Shown: positions 35,792 through 45,867, counted from the stretch's first letter. The stretch: DNA of 64,000 nucleotides from Thermoanaerobaculia bacterium (GCA_046704885.1 JBJKRB010000150.1:32527-96526), one strand, 5' to 3'. The notes: generated by a model not told the origin, from the letters alone. Program-made: numbers and translations.

Positions 35792-37494
35792 CGCATATCG
35801 TAGTCGATCCCATCACTCGCATTGAAGGGCACCTGCGTATCGAGGCCGAGGTCGACGGCGGTGCCGTCAAGGACGCTTGGTCCTCCTCGACGATGTTCCG
35901 CGGCATCGAGCTCATCCTCAAGGGCCGCGATCCCCGCGACGCTTGGGTCTTCACTCAGCGCATCTGCGGCGTGTGCACCACGGTTCACGCCATCGCCTCG
36001 ATTCGTGCCGTCGAGCATGCCATCGGCGCTGAGCCGCCGACCAACGCTCGCTTGCTCCGCAACCTGGTCATGGCGGCGCAGATGATCCAGGATCACGTCA
36101 TCCACTTCTACCACCTGCACGCCCTCGACTGGGTGGACGTGGTTTCGGCCCTCTCGGCCGATCCCGCCAAGACCTCCGCTCTCGCCCAGTCGATCTCCGA
36201 TTGGCCGCTTTCCTCGGAGAAGTATTTCGCGGGCGTCGCCAAGCGCTTGAAGGACTTTGTCAACGAGGGCCAGCTCGGACCGTTCGCCAACGCATACTGG
36301 GGGCACCCGGCGTACAAGCTTCCCCCTGAGGCCAACCTCCTAGCCGTTGCTCACTATCTCGAGGCCCTCGATTGGCAGCGCGAGTTCATCCGCATCCACG
36401 CCGTTCTCGGCGGCAAGAACCCGCACCTGCAGAGCTTCCTCGTGGGAGGAATGGCCACTCCGGTCGATCCCGACAAGCAGTCCTCGATCAACCTCGATTC
36501 GATCAGCTTCATGCGTGAGCTGATCGACAAGGCGAAGGCCTTTGTCACCCAGGTCTACCTGCCGGATCTTCTTGCCGTGGCCTCCTTCTACAAGGATTGG
36601 GCCGGTTACGGCGGCGGCGTCGGTAACTACCTGGTCTTCGGCGAATACCCGGAGAAGGATGGGCCCAACCCGCCCCTCTTCCTGCCCTCCGGAGTCATCC
36701 GCGCCAAGGACATCGGCCATATCGAGGACCTCGACACCTCGAAGATCAGCGAGTTCGTCACCCATTCCTGGTACGACTACAAGGGCGGTGACGATAAGTC
36801 CCTGCACCCCTTCGACGGCGAGACCAATCCCAATTACACCGGCCCGAAGCCTCCCTACGAGCGCCTCGACACCGACGGCAAGTACAGCTGGCTCAAGTCG
36901 CCGCGCTACGACGGCCTGGCGATGGAGGTGGGACCGCTCTCGCGGATGCTGGTGGCCTATGGCCGCGGCCAGGAGCGGGTCAAGGAGCTCGTCAACGCCG
37001 TTTTGGGCAAGCTGAGCGTCGGACCCGCGGCCCTGTTCTCGACCCTGGGTCGAGTCGCCGCCCGCGGCATCGAGACTCAGGTCCTGGCGGAGAAGATCGG
37101 CGACTGGCTGACCCAACTGGAAATGAACATCGGTGCTGGCGACCTGCGGATCGCCGACAACGCGAAATGGGATCCCTCCAACTGGCCCGAGGACGCCTCC
37201 GGCGTCGGTCTGCACGAAGCCCCGCGCGGCGCGCTCAGCCACTGGGTCCACATTCACAAGGGTCAGATCGCGAATTATCAAATCGTCGTTCCCAGCACCT
37301 GGAACGCCGGACCGCGCGACGCGAGCAAGCAGCCGGGCCCCTATGAAGCGGCTCTGCTCGGAACCCCGATCGCCAAGCCCGAACAGCCGATCGAGATCCT
37401 GCGTACGGTCCACTCCTTCGACCCCTGCATGGCTTGCGGCGTGCACGTGCTCGACGCGACAGGCGAGGAGGTCGTGAAAGTGAGGGCAGTATGA
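35788..37494 (+). CDS. hyaB: group 1 [NiFe]-hydrogenase large subunit
   Basis: DPITRIEGH, L1 TQRICGVCTTVH, L2 SFDPCMACGVH followed by a 15-aa cleavable tail. Confidence 0.97.
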   Translation: MTHIVVDPITRIEGHLRIEAEVDGGAVKDAWSSSTMFRGIELILKGRDPRDAWVFTQRICGVCTTVHAIASIRAVEHAIGAEPPTNARLLRNLVMAAQMIQDHVIHFYHLHALDWVDVVSALSADPAKTSALAQSISDWPLSSEKYFAGVAKRLKDFVNEGQLGPFANAYWGHPAYKLPPEANLLAVAHYLEALDWQREFIRIHAVLGGKNPHLQSFLVGGMATPVDPDKQSSINLDSISFMRELIDKAKAFVTQVYLPDLLAVASFYKDWAGYGGGVGNYLVFGEYPEKDGPNPPLFLPSGVIRAKDIGHIEDLDTSKISEFVTHSWYDYKGGDDKSLHPFDGETNPNYTGPKPPYERLDTDGKYSWLKSPRYDGLAMEVGPLSRMLVAYGRGQERVKELVNAVLGKLSVGPAALFSTLGRVAARGIETQVLAEKIGDWLTQLEMNIGAGDLRIADNAKWDPSNWPEDASGVGLHEAPRGALSHWVHIHKGQIANYQIVVPSTWNAGPRDASKQPGPYEAALLGTPIAKPEQPIEILRTVHSFDPCMACGVHVLDATGEEVVKVRAV

Positions 37495-38288
37495 GTACCA
37501 GCGCTGCTTCTCTCGAGCTTCCGGTCCCCGAACGCGGTGACGACCATGTCGGAGGCACCTCTCCGATCCCGCGCTCGGCTGCCGACCTGACTCGCGTCTA
37601 CGTCTGGCAGATCCCGGTGCGCATCACCCACTGGCTGATCGCCTTGTCCATCTTCGTCCTGGCGGCGACCGGCTTTTACATCGGGCACCCGTTCTGGACG
37701 GTTACCGGCGAGGCGCGACAGCATTTCTTCACCGGGACCGTGCGAGTCGTCCATCTCTATGCCGCGATCGTCTTCATCCTGGCGGTGCTCGCGCGCGTTG
37801 TCTGGATGTTCATGGGAAACCGCTACGCCTCTTGGCGGATCTTCATCCCCATCGAGAAGAAGCGGTTACGGGGTATCTGGCCGACCGTCAAGTTCTATCT
37901 CTTCGGGCTCAGGAAGCCGCCCGGTTTCCTCTCCCACAATCCGGTCGCGGCGCTCGCCTACGTGGCGATCTTCGGCCTCTATTTTCTGGAGATCGCAACC
38001 GGTCTGGCGCTCTATTCGATCCAGGCCCCGGTCGGGTCCCCTCTGCACGGTTTCCACGTACTGCTGCCGGTTCTCGGTGGGGCCCAGATTGCCCGTTGGA
38101 TCCACCACATCATCATGTGGCTGCTGCTCGGTTTCGTCGCTCACCATGTCTACAGCGGCATCCTGATGTCGATCGTCGAGGGCAACGGAACCATGGGCTC
38201 GATCTTCGACGGTTTCAAGTTCGTTCATCGCGACGATCTCGTCTACTCGGGCTACCGCTTCTTGCATCGGAGAGATCGGAGTGAGTGA
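37491..38288 (+). CDS. hyaC: Ni/Fe-hydrogenase b-type cytochrome subunit
   Basis: YVWQIPVRITHW, HNP.A, RWIHH and HHVY heme histidines; 4 TM helices. Confidence 0.92.
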   Translation: MSTSAASLELPVPERGDDHVGGTSPIPRSAADLTRVYVWQIPVRITHWLIALSIFVLAATGFYIGHPFWTVTGEARQHFFTGTVRVVHLYAAIVFILAVLARVVWMFMGNRYASWRIFIPIEKKRLRGIWPTVKFYLFGLRKPPGFLSHNPVAALAYVAIFGLYFLEIATGLALYSIQAPVGSPLHGFHVLLPVLGGAQIARWIHHIIMWLLLGFVAHHVYSGILMSIVEGNGTMGSIFDGFKFVHRDDLVYSGYRFLHRRDRSE

Positions 38289-38826
38289 GACCGGATCACT
38301 GCTGATCCTCGGTTTGGGCAACGTCCTCTGCGGCGACGACGGGCTCGGCGTCGCCGCAGCGGGACGCCTGGCACGAGGCTACGAAGCCCCTGCTGGAGTC
38401 AGAATTCTGGACGGAGGGACCCTCGGCCTCTCGCTCCTCGCGCTGCTCGAAGAGTCCAACAACATCGTTCTCCTCGACGCCGTACGAATGGATGAGAAGC
38501 CCGGTTCCTTCGTTCGCCTTGAGGGCGAGGATGTGGGGCCGGCGGTTTTTGAACGTCTTTCCCCTCACCAGGTCGGCGTCGCCGATCTGCTGAGCGCCAT
38601 GCGGCTGCGCGAGCAGCTGCCCAAACGACTTCTCCTCTTGGGTCTGGTGCCAGCCACGCTCGAGCTCGGGTTGGGCCGGTCCCCAGAGGTCGAGGCCGCT
38701 CTGCCATTGCTGGTCGAGCGGACAGTCGAGGAGTGCGCGCGCTTGGGCTTTCGCCTCAGCGCTCGCGAGTCTGATGCGTTGGAACCTGGTAATCCTTGGA
38801 ATACTCTCGCTGCTTTTGGCCTGTAA
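38281..38826 (+). CDS. hyaD: hydrogenase maturation endopeptidase
   Basis: GLGNVLCGDDGLG, DGGT, DAV, SPHQ. Confidence 0.93.
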   Translation: MSETGSLLILGLGNVLCGDDGLGVAAAGRLARGYEAPAGVRILDGGTLGLSLLALLEESNNIVLLDAVRMDEKPGSFVRLEGEDVGPAVFERLSPHQVGVADLLSAMRLREQLPKRLLLLGLVPATLELGLGRSPEVEAALPLLVERTVEECARLGFRLSARESDALEPGNPWNTLAAFGL

Positions 38827-39169
38827 GGGCCGCGATAGCGACCTGCCATCGAGCTATCGCCAGCTGACCGTTCCTCGTAAGACCATCGATTCGCCGGCGG
38901 CGATCGCCGCCGGGCGTCGCCTCTTCCTCAAGCACTGCGCCTTGTGCCACGGGAAAGATGCCAAGGGCGAAGGAGAGCGTCACAGCTATCTGTCGAGCCC
39001 GGCGCAGAATCTCACCGATCCGGACTGGCAGAGGAAAGCGACGCCGCGGCACGTCTACTTCTGGATTCGCGAGGGCGTGGAAGGTACCTCCATGCCTTCG
39101 TGGAAATCTCTCAGCGAAGACCAGACCTGGAGCCTCGTGGCCTACGTCTTGTCCTTGGGTGCGGCCTGA
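38774..39169 (+). CDS. monoheme c-type cytochrome lipoprotein
   Basis: Lipobox LLA-C, CALCH heme motif, distal Met in GTSMPSW. Confidence 0.88.
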   Translation: MRWNLVILGILSLLLACKGRDSDLPSSYRQLTVPRKTIDSPAAIAAGRRLFLKHCALCHGKDAKGEGERHSYLSSPAQNLTDPDWQRKATPRHVYFWIREGVEGTSMPSWKSLSEDQTWSLVAYVLSLGAA

Positions 39170-41448
39170 TGGCGCAACTCGAAGGACGGCTCATCTCGAT
39201 TCGCGGAATCGTCCAGGGCGTGGGGTTCCGACCCTGGGTCTATCGCTTGGCGCACCAAGCCGGTATCCGGGGTGGCGTCCGCAACGACTCCACCGGAGTC
39301 TCGATCGAGGCGTTCGGAACCAGCACCGACCTCGCCCACTTCGTGCGCCAATTGGAGAAGACTCCCCCTCCGGCAGCGGCGATCGCCGAGCTGAGCTGGG
39401 AAGCGATTCCAGCGCAAGAACGTAGCGCTTTCGAGATCGAGCAGAGCCAGGCTGGCAACGAGCACCGCGTCTCGATTCCCGCCGACCTCGCCACCTGCGA
39501 GAGCTGTCTCGAGGAGATCTTCGATCCGACCAACCGCCGCTACCGCTATGCGTTCACCAACTGCACCGACTGCGGACCACGATTCACCATCGTGCGCGAG
39601 GTCCCGTACGACCGCCCGGCGACGACGATGGCCGTGTTCGACATGTGCCCTCGCTGCCAGGCCGAATACGATGATCCGTCGAATCGGCGGTTTCACGCCC
39701 AACCCAACGCCTGCCCCGACTGCGGACCACAGCTCCGCCTACTCAACGCTCACGGCAGCGAAGTCCCCACCAAGGATCCCGTGGCGACGACGGCGCGCGC
39801 CCTGCGCGACGGCCACATCGCCGCGATCAAGGGTCTGGGCGGATTCCACCTCGCCTGCGACGCAACCTCGTCGCCTGCCGTCAGCCTCCTGCGTCGGCGC
39901 AAGCGGCGCGATGCCAAGCCCTTTGCGGTCATGGTCCGCAACCTCGAAGCCGCCGAGGCTCTGGCGATCCTGAGCGACGGTGAGCGCGAGCTCCTTCGTT
40001 CCGTGGAGCGGCCGATCGTCTTGGCGCCGCTTCGCGACTCAACCCCCCTCGCGCCCGAGGTCGCTCCGGGGATCTCCCTGGTCGGTCTCATCCTGCCCTA
40101 CACCCCGCTCCATCATCTGCTCCTCGCCGACACCGGCCAGCCCTTGGTGATGACCTCGGCGAATCTGTCGGAGGAGCCGATCGCCTACCGCAATGGCGAG
40201 GCCCTCGAGCGGCTGCGTGGCATCGCCGATCTCTTCTTGCTGCACGATCGCGAGATCGAGACCCGTTGCGAGGACTCCGTCGCCCGAGTGGTCGGCCAAG
40301 CGCCCATGCTGATTCGCCGCTCGCGCGGGTACGTGCCGCGCCCGCTCCGCCTGCGACGCCCGCTGAGCGCTCCGATTCTCGCCTGCGGCGCCCACCTCAA
40401 GAACACCTTCTGCATCGCATTCCGCGACCAGGCTTTCCTCGGCCCCCACATCGGCGATCTCGAGACTCTCGAAGCCGTCGACGCATTCCGCGCCGCCGTC
40501 GATCGCATGGAGCGCTTCCTCGGAGTAAAGCCGGAGATCGTCGCGCACGATCTCCACCCCGAGTATCAATCGACGATCTACGCCCGCTCGCGTAGCGAGG
40601 TCACCAAGGTCGCCGTACAGCACCATCACGCCCACGTCGCCAGCGCCATGGCTGAATATGGCCTCGAGGGCAACGTTTTGGGAGTCGCTTTCGACGGAAC
40701 CGGTTACGGCGGCGACGGCACCGCCTGGGGGGGCGAGATTCTCCTCGCCCGAGGGGCGGAGTTCGAGCGTCTCGCCACTCTGCGCCCTATCGCCTTGCCG
40801 GGCGGGGACCTCGCCATTCGAGAGATCTGGCGCTTGGCCCTGGCCTTGCTCGACGATGCCTTCGGGCAGGACGCCGCCGCGATCGATCTCCCCCTCTTCC
40901 GCGGGCTCTCGGATCACCAGGTCGAGATCGTGCGCACGATGATCCATTCCGGCCTCCACACGCCCATGGCGCACGGTGCTGGTCGCTACTTCGATGCCAC
41001 CGCGGCGCTCGTTCTCGGCCGGGCAAGCGCGCGCTATGAGGGGCAGGCGGCGCTCGAGTGGAACCTCGCTGCCGCCCCCGACGAGCAGGGCGTCTACCCG
41101 TATGAGATCGATGACGCCCTCTCCCCCTGGCAGATCGACTTGCGGCCGATGACCCGCGCCATCGTGGAGGATCTCGCCGCGGCGCTACCGGCGGCGTCGA
41201 TTTCCGCCCGTTTTCACAACACCATCGTCGCAGCGAGCGAAGCCGTGGTCAGAGCCGCCATTCGTCAGGTGGGACGAGTGCCGATCGTCCTCACCGGAGG
41301 CTGCTTCCAGAACCCGATTCTCGCTGCCGGCCTACGCGAGCGGCTGGAGAGCGAATTCGAAGTATTCCTGCCGTCTCGGGTGCCGCCGGGAGACGGTGGC
41401 ATTTCTTTAGGACAAGTTCTCGTCGCAGACTCACAAGCACGCAGTTAA
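39169..41448 (+). CDS. hypF: carbamoyltransferase HypF
   Basis: GIVQGVGFRP, two CxxC zinc-finger pairs, KGLGGFHL, HDLHP, QHHHAH, PGDGGISLGQ. Confidence 0.97.
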   Translation: MAQLEGRLISIRGIVQGVGFRPWVYRLAHQAGIRGGVRNDSTGVSIEAFGTSTDLAHFVRQLEKTPPPAAAIAELSWEAIPAQERSAFEIEQSQAGNEHRVSIPADLATCESCLEEIFDPTNRRYRYAFTNCTDCGPRFTIVREVPYDRPATTMAVFDMCPRCQAEYDDPSNRRFHAQPNACPDCGPQLRLLNAHGSEVPTKDPVATTARALRDGHIAAIKGLGGFHLACDATSSPAVSLLRRRKRRDAKPFAVMVRNLEAAEALAILSDGERELLRSVERPIVLAPLRDSTPLAPEVAPGISLVGLILPYTPLHHLLLADTGQPLVMTSANLSEEPIAYRNGEALERLRGIADLFLLHDREIETRCEDSVARVVGQAPMLIRRSRGYVPRPLRLRRPLSAPILACGAHLKNTFCIAFRDQAFLGPHIGDLETLEAVDAFRAAVDRMERFLGVKPEIVAHDLHPEYQSTIYARSRSEVTKVAVQHHHAHVASAMAEYGLEGNVLGVAFDGTGYGGDGTAWGGEILLARGAEFERLATLRPIALPGGDLAIREIWRLALALLDDAFGQDAAAIDLPLFRGLSDHQVEIVRTMIHSGLHTPMAHGAGRYFDATAALVLGRASARYEGQAALEWNLAAAPDEQGVYPYEIDDALSPWQIDLRPMTRAIVEDLAAALPAASISARFHNTIVAASEAVVRAAIRQVGRVPIVLTGGCFQNPILAAGLRERLESEFEVFLPSRVPPGDGGISLGQVLVADSQARS

Positions 41449-41459
41449 GGAGATTCGCT

Positions 41460-41756
41460 ATGTGTCTAGGAGTTCCAGGAAGGGTGGTCGACGTCACCGG
41501 TTCCGTGGCGACCGTCGACTTTTGGGGCGTTCGGCGCCAAGTACGCTTGGATATCGTCGATCAGCCGGTCGCGCCAGGGGACTACATTCTCAACCACGTG
41601 GGATTCGCCATCCGTCGCATTCCCTCCGAAGAGATCGAGGAAACGCTCTCCCTCTACGAGCTGTTGCTGCGTGAAGCGGGCGCCGACGATCTCATGCTGG
41701 CCGACATGAAGAGCGAAATCGATGCCACCAGCGGGGAAGCGACCGATGAGCGCTGA
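41460..41756 (+). CDS. hypC: hydrogenase assembly chaperone HypC
   Basis: MCLGVPG...GDYILNHVGFAI. Confidence 0.95.
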   Translation: MCLGVPGRVVDVTGSVATVDFWGVRRQVRLDIVDQPVAPGDYILNHVGFAIRRIPSEEIEETLSLYELLLREAGADDLMLADMKSEIDATSGEATDER

Positions 41757-42891
41757 GCTTCCCAAAGCCGCCCGCGAGCTACGCTTCCGCGACACCGAGA
41801 AGGCCCGGGCCTTCGCCGCAACGCTTGCCCGCCTGACACAAGAGGTCGGACATGCTCCGGTCTCGGTAATGCACGTCTGCGGCAGTCACGAGCAGGCCAT
41901 CGCCCGCTTCGGGCTGCGCTCCGCCTTTCCCCCTGGTCTCGACGTCATCATGGGCCCCGGATGCCCGGTCTGCATCACCGACTTGCCCGAGGTCGACGAA
42001 GCCGTGGCTCTCGCCCGGCAGGGGGTCGTCATCGCGACCTATGGCGACATGGTCCGGGTACCGGGGACGGTCAAGTCACTCGCCGATGCCCAAGCCGAGG
42101 GAGCGCGCGTCGAGATCGTCTACAGCGTGGCACAAGCGGTCGAGCTGGCCCGTAGCCGCGACGAGGAGGTCGTCTTCTTTGCCACCGGCTTCGAGACCAC
42201 CGCGGTAGCAACGGCCGCCGTCCTGCGGGCCGATCCCCCGCCCAACTTCAGCGTGCTCTCGGCGCACAAGTACATTCCCCCGGTCATGGAAATCGTCGCC
42301 GAGATGCCGGAGACGAGAATCGAGGGATTCCTCGCCGCCGGACACGCCGCCACCATCACCGGCTGGGGAATCTTCGAGCCCTTCGTCGAGCGTCACGGCA
42401 TCCCGGTGGTGGTCGCCGGGTTCGAGCCTCTCGACATCCTCGCAGGGCTGGTCAAGCTGGTGGAGCTCATCCGCGATCAGAAGGCGGAGGTGGTGAATAT
42501 GTTCCCTCGCTGCGTCACGCGCGAGGGCAACCTCCGCGCTCAGGAGCGGCTATGGAAATTCTTCCGCCCGGTGGGAGGGCGTTGGCGCGGCATCGCGCAT
42601 GTGCCCAACGGAAACCTGCGGCTGCGCGACGAGTGGGCGGCCCTCGATGCCCGTCGACGTTTCGACATCGATGTCTCGAGCCTCTGGGACTACGCCCCTC
42701 CCGCTCTCTCGCAGGCTTGCATCTGCGGCGACATCATGGCGGGAATCGCCTCGCCTCACGACTGCCGGCTCTTCGGGCGCGAATGTCTGCCTGACAGTCC
42801 GGTCGGCGCCTGCATGGTATCGAGCGAGGGGACCTGCAAGATCTGGCATCTCTACGGCGGCCATCCCGACCTGGCGGAGGTAGGATCATGA
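41746..42891 (+). CDS. hypD: hydrogenase formation protein HypD
   Basis: CGSH, GPGCPVC, GFETT, GFEP, GACMVSSEGTC. Confidence 0.96.
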   Translation: MSAELPKAARELRFRDTEKARAFAATLARLTQEVGHAPVSVMHVCGSHEQAIARFGLRSAFPPGLDVIMGPGCPVCITDLPEVDEAVALARQGVVIATYGDMVRVPGTVKSLADAQAEGARVEIVYSVAQAVELARSRDEEVVFFATGFETTAVATAAVLRADPPPNFSVLSAHKYIPPVMEIVAEMPETRIEGFLAAGHAATITGWGIFEPFVERHGIPVVVAGFEPLDILAGLVKLVELIRDQKAEVVNMFPRCVTREGNLRAQERLWKFFRPVGGRWRGIAHVPNGNLRLRDEWAALDARRRFDIDVSSLWDYAPPALSQACICGDIMAGIASPHDCRLFGRECLPDSPVGACMVSSEGTCKIWHLYGGHPDLAEVGS

Positions 42892-43925
42892 CCCAGACCA
42901 TGGTGGCTGACGAGAGGATTACCCTCAAGTACGGGGCGGGAGGGCGCGCGATGCGGCGCCTGATCGAGGAGGTCTTTCTCGATGGATTTGGTCAGGCAGC
43001 GGAAGAAGGTGTGGGGCTCGCCGCGATGGACGACGGCGCGGTCCTGCGCGTCGGCGACCAATGGCTGGTGGTCACCACCGACTCCCATGTCATCCACCCC
43101 GTTTTCTTCCCGGGCGGTGACATCGGACGGCTCGCGGTCGCTGGAACGGTGAACGACCTCGCCATGATGGGCGCCACCGAGGTCCTCGGCCTGACCTGCG
43201 CCGTGGTGATCGAAGAGGGCTTCGCGCGCGCCGATCTCGAACGCATCCAGAGATCCTTGCGCGACACCTGCAGCGAGGCCGGAGCGAGCGTCATTACCGG
43301 TGACACCAAGGTCATGGGTAAGGGTGAGCTCGATGGCATCGTCATCAACACCACCGGCATCGCGCTTACCAAGCGTTTCGTCCCGGATTCGGCCCTTCGT
43401 CCCGGAGACCGCCTCATCGTGACCGGCACCATGGGAGATCACGGGCTCGCGATCATGGCCACCCGCCACGCCCTCGACCTCGAAGGCGATCTCCGCTCCG
43501 ACGTTGCACCCCTCAACGGTCTGATCCGAGCCGCGATCGACGTCGCGGGCGAGGATCTCGTAGCGATGAAGGACCCGACTCGTGGCGGCCTGGCGAGCGC
43601 CCTTCACGAGATGGCGGGGAAGAGCGAAGTGGGAATCGTCCTCGAGGAGACCAAGGTACCGGTAAGCGCCCAAGTACGGGCCGCCGGCGAGCTGCTCGGC
43701 ATCGATCCCCTGCATATCGCCAACGAGGGGAAGGCGTTGCTCGGCGTGCGACCGGAAGCCGCCGACGCCGTGCTGGAGGCGCTCCACGCGCACCCCCTGG
43801 GACGATCCGCCGCCGTGGTCGGCACGGTCATCGCCGAGCGGCCCGGCTCGGTAATTCTCGACACCGGTTTCGGCCGTCGTCTCCTGGCCGAACCGGAGGG
43901 CGAGCCCTTACCGCGGATCTGCTGA
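42888..43925 (+). CDS. hypE: carbamoyl dehydratase HypE
   Basis: FFPGGDIG, GTVNDLA, TGDTKV, DPTRGG, NEGK, C-terminal PRIC. Confidence 0.97.
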   Translation: MTQTMVADERITLKYGAGGRAMRRLIEEVFLDGFGQAAEEGVGLAAMDDGAVLRVGDQWLVVTTDSHVIHPVFFPGGDIGRLAVAGTVNDLAMMGATEVLGLTCAVVIEEGFARADLERIQRSLRDTCSEAGASVITGDTKVMGKGELDGIVINTTGIALTKRFVPDSALRPGDRLIVTGTMGDHGLAIMATRHALDLEGDLRSDVAPLNGLIRAAIDVAGEDLVAMKDPTRGGLASALHEMAGKSEVGIVLEETKVPVSAQVRAAGELLGIDPLHIANEGKALLGVRPEAADAVLEALHAHPLGRSAAVVGTVIAERPGSVILDTGFGRRLLAEPEGEPLPRIC

Positions 43926-44776
43926 TGTCCAACGAGTCCAGCAAGCACATCCGCGTGTCCCGCGAGGGCGACGTCGCGACTCTGATCATCGATCGGCGCG
44001 AGCGTTTCAACTCCTTCGACGTCGAGACGGCACGGGACTTCCGCCGCGCCGGCTTGCAGCTCGCGCGCGATCCGGAGGTCCGGGCGGTGGTCGTCACGGG
44101 AAGCGGCGGAGTCTTCTCGAGCGGTGCGGACTTGAAGTACATCCGTGGCGGCGGCGATGCATCCGATCTCGGGTATCTCAGCCCGGCGAGCAGCCCGCCC
44201 AAGGCGTCCTACGGTGAGATCTTCAAGCAGATCCTCGAATACCTCCATAGCACCATCTCCGAGATTCGCCGCTCGCCCAAGCCCTTTCTCGCCGCGGTCG
44301 ACGGCATCGCCGCCGCTGGCGGCTTCGGGATCGCCATGTGCTGCGACCTGGTCTATGCCTCGGAGCGCGCGAGCTTCGAGTGGGCCTATGGAAAGACCGG
44401 ACTGACCGGCGCCGAGAGCAGCACCTTCTTTCTGCCAAAGCTCATCGGCTTGCGCCGCGCGATGGAGCTCGTACTACTCAATCCCCGCCTCGACGCCCAC
44501 CAGGCCATGGACCTCGGGCTGGTCACCGCGGTGTTCCCTACAGAGAGCTTCGAGCGCGAGGTCGGCGCGGAGGCGGCGCGACTGGCCGCCGGACCGACGC
44601 GTGCGTGGGGGATCGCCAAAGGACTGCTCAACCAATCGGCGGGAATGGACCGTCTCGACTTTCACCTCGATCGCGAGATCGACGAGTTGGCGCGCATCGC
44701 CGACGGCCCCGATTTCGCCGCCGGACTCGACGCCTTCTTCGCCAAGACCGAGCCCACCTTCTCCGGCAAGGAGTAA
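43925..44776 (+). CDS. enoyl-CoA hydratase/isomerase (crotonase superfamily) protein inside the hyp operon
   Basis: FSSGADL oxyanion motif, KP.LAAVDG.AAAGGF, LP.LIG.RRA.E. Overlaps the hypE stop by 1 nt. Confidence 0.88.
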   Translation: MSNESSKHIRVSREGDVATLIIDRRERFNSFDVETARDFRRAGLQLARDPEVRAVVVTGSGGVFSSGADLKYIRGGGDASDLGYLSPASSPPKASYGEIFKQILEYLHSTISEIRRSPKPFLAAVDGIAAAGGFGIAMCCDLVYASERASFEWAYGKTGLTGAESSTFFLPKLIGLRRAMELVLLNPRLDAHQAMDLGLVTAVFPTESFEREVGAEAARLAAGPTRAWGIAKGLLNQSAGMDRLDFHLDREIDELARIADGPDFAAGLDAFFAKTEPTFSGKE

Positions 44777-44779
44777 CGC

Positions 44780-45121
44780 GTGCACGAATACTCCATCGTC
44801 CAGTCGCTCATCGAGCTCGCCGAACAGCAGGCCCGTGACCATGGCGCGTCGCGCATCGACCGGTTGGAGGTTGCGATCGGCGAGCTCTCGGGCGTCGAGA
44901 CCGAGCTGCTGGCTCGAGCCTACGAGACCTTCCGCGATCGGACCTTGTGCTCGCAGGCGGATCTCGTCATTCACCCAGTTCCGGCTCGTTGGCGGTGCCC
45001 GCGGTGCGGGCGTTCGCCGGAGCGCGGCGCGGCGCTCACCTGCCCTGACTGTGACGTTCCCTTCCGCCTCGAAACGGGCGAGGAGATCATCTTAGAGAGA
45101 ATCGGATTGGAGGTAGCCTGA
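44780..45121 (+). CDS. hypA: nickel metallochaperone HypA
   Basis: MHEYS, GELSGV, two CxxC motifs. Confidence 0.95.
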   Translation: MHEYSIVQSLIELAEQQARDHGASRIDRLEVAIGELSGVETELLARAYETFRDRTLCSQADLVIHPVPARWRCPRCGRSPERGAALTCPDCDVPFRLETGEEIILERIGLEVA

Positions 45122-45867
45122 TGTGTGAAACCTGTGGCTGCGGCGACCCCGAGCTCGTACCGGTCGAGGTCCACGAGGACATCCTGGCGGGAAACAATCG
45201 CACCGCCGCGCACAATCGAGCGCATTTTCGCGCCAGCTCGCTGGTCACGATCAACCTGATGGGCTCCCCGGGATCGGGAAAGACTGCGGTGTTGGAAGCG
45301 ACGGCCCGAAGGCTCGACCGCCCCGGCGCCATTGGTGCTCTGAGCGGCGACCTCGCGACCGAGCTCGACGCGGAACGCTTGCGCAACGCCGGAATTCGGG
45401 CGGCCGCGATCACCACGGGCTCGGCATGCCACCTCGACGCGGAAATGGTGCATCATGCGCTGCACCATTTCGACGCTGATGGTCTCGATTACCTCTTTGT
45501 CGAGAACGTCGGAAATCTGGTCTGCCCGGCGGTCTACGACCTCGGCCAGGAGGTGAACGTGGTGGCTCTCTCCATCACCGAGGGCGAGGACAAGCCGCTC
45601 AAGTATCCGGTCATGTTCCGCCGGGCCGACCTGGTTCTGCTGACCAAGACCGACCTACTCGCCCACCTTCCCGAGGTGAGCCTGGAGCGCATCGAGCAGG
45701 CGCTCGCCCAGGTCATGCCCGAGCCTCGCGTCTTCCCCCTGTCGGCACGCAGCGGAGAGGGGTTCGAGCCGTGGCTCTCCTGGCTCGCGGCGCTCCCTCG
45801 GGGCGCCGAGGAAACAGGCGCCGGGCTCCAAGCCGCCGCGCAACATGCCGATGGAGTCCAAGCATAA
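45121..45867 (+). CDS. hypB: nickel-incorporation GTPase HypB
   Basis: N-terminal CETCGC, GSPGSGKT, CHLDA, ENVGNLVCP, EGEDKPLKYP, TKTDL. Confidence 0.96.
   Translation: MCETCGCGDPELVPVEVHEDILAGNNRTAAHNRAHFRASSLVTINLMGSPGSGKTAVLEATARRLDRPGAIGALSGDLATELDAERLRNAGIRAAAITTGSACHLDAEMVHHALHHFDADGLDYLFVENVGNLVCPAVYDLGQEVNVVALSITEGEDKPLKYPVMFRRADLVLLTKTDLLAHLPEVSLERIEQALAQVMPEPRVFPLSARSGEGFEPWLSWLAALPRGAEETGAGLQAAAQHADGVQA

Noticed and set aside
37411-37446. [NiFeSe] hydrogenase
   Set aside because: The L2 motif has TGC Cys codons (DPCMAC) and no in-frame TGA.
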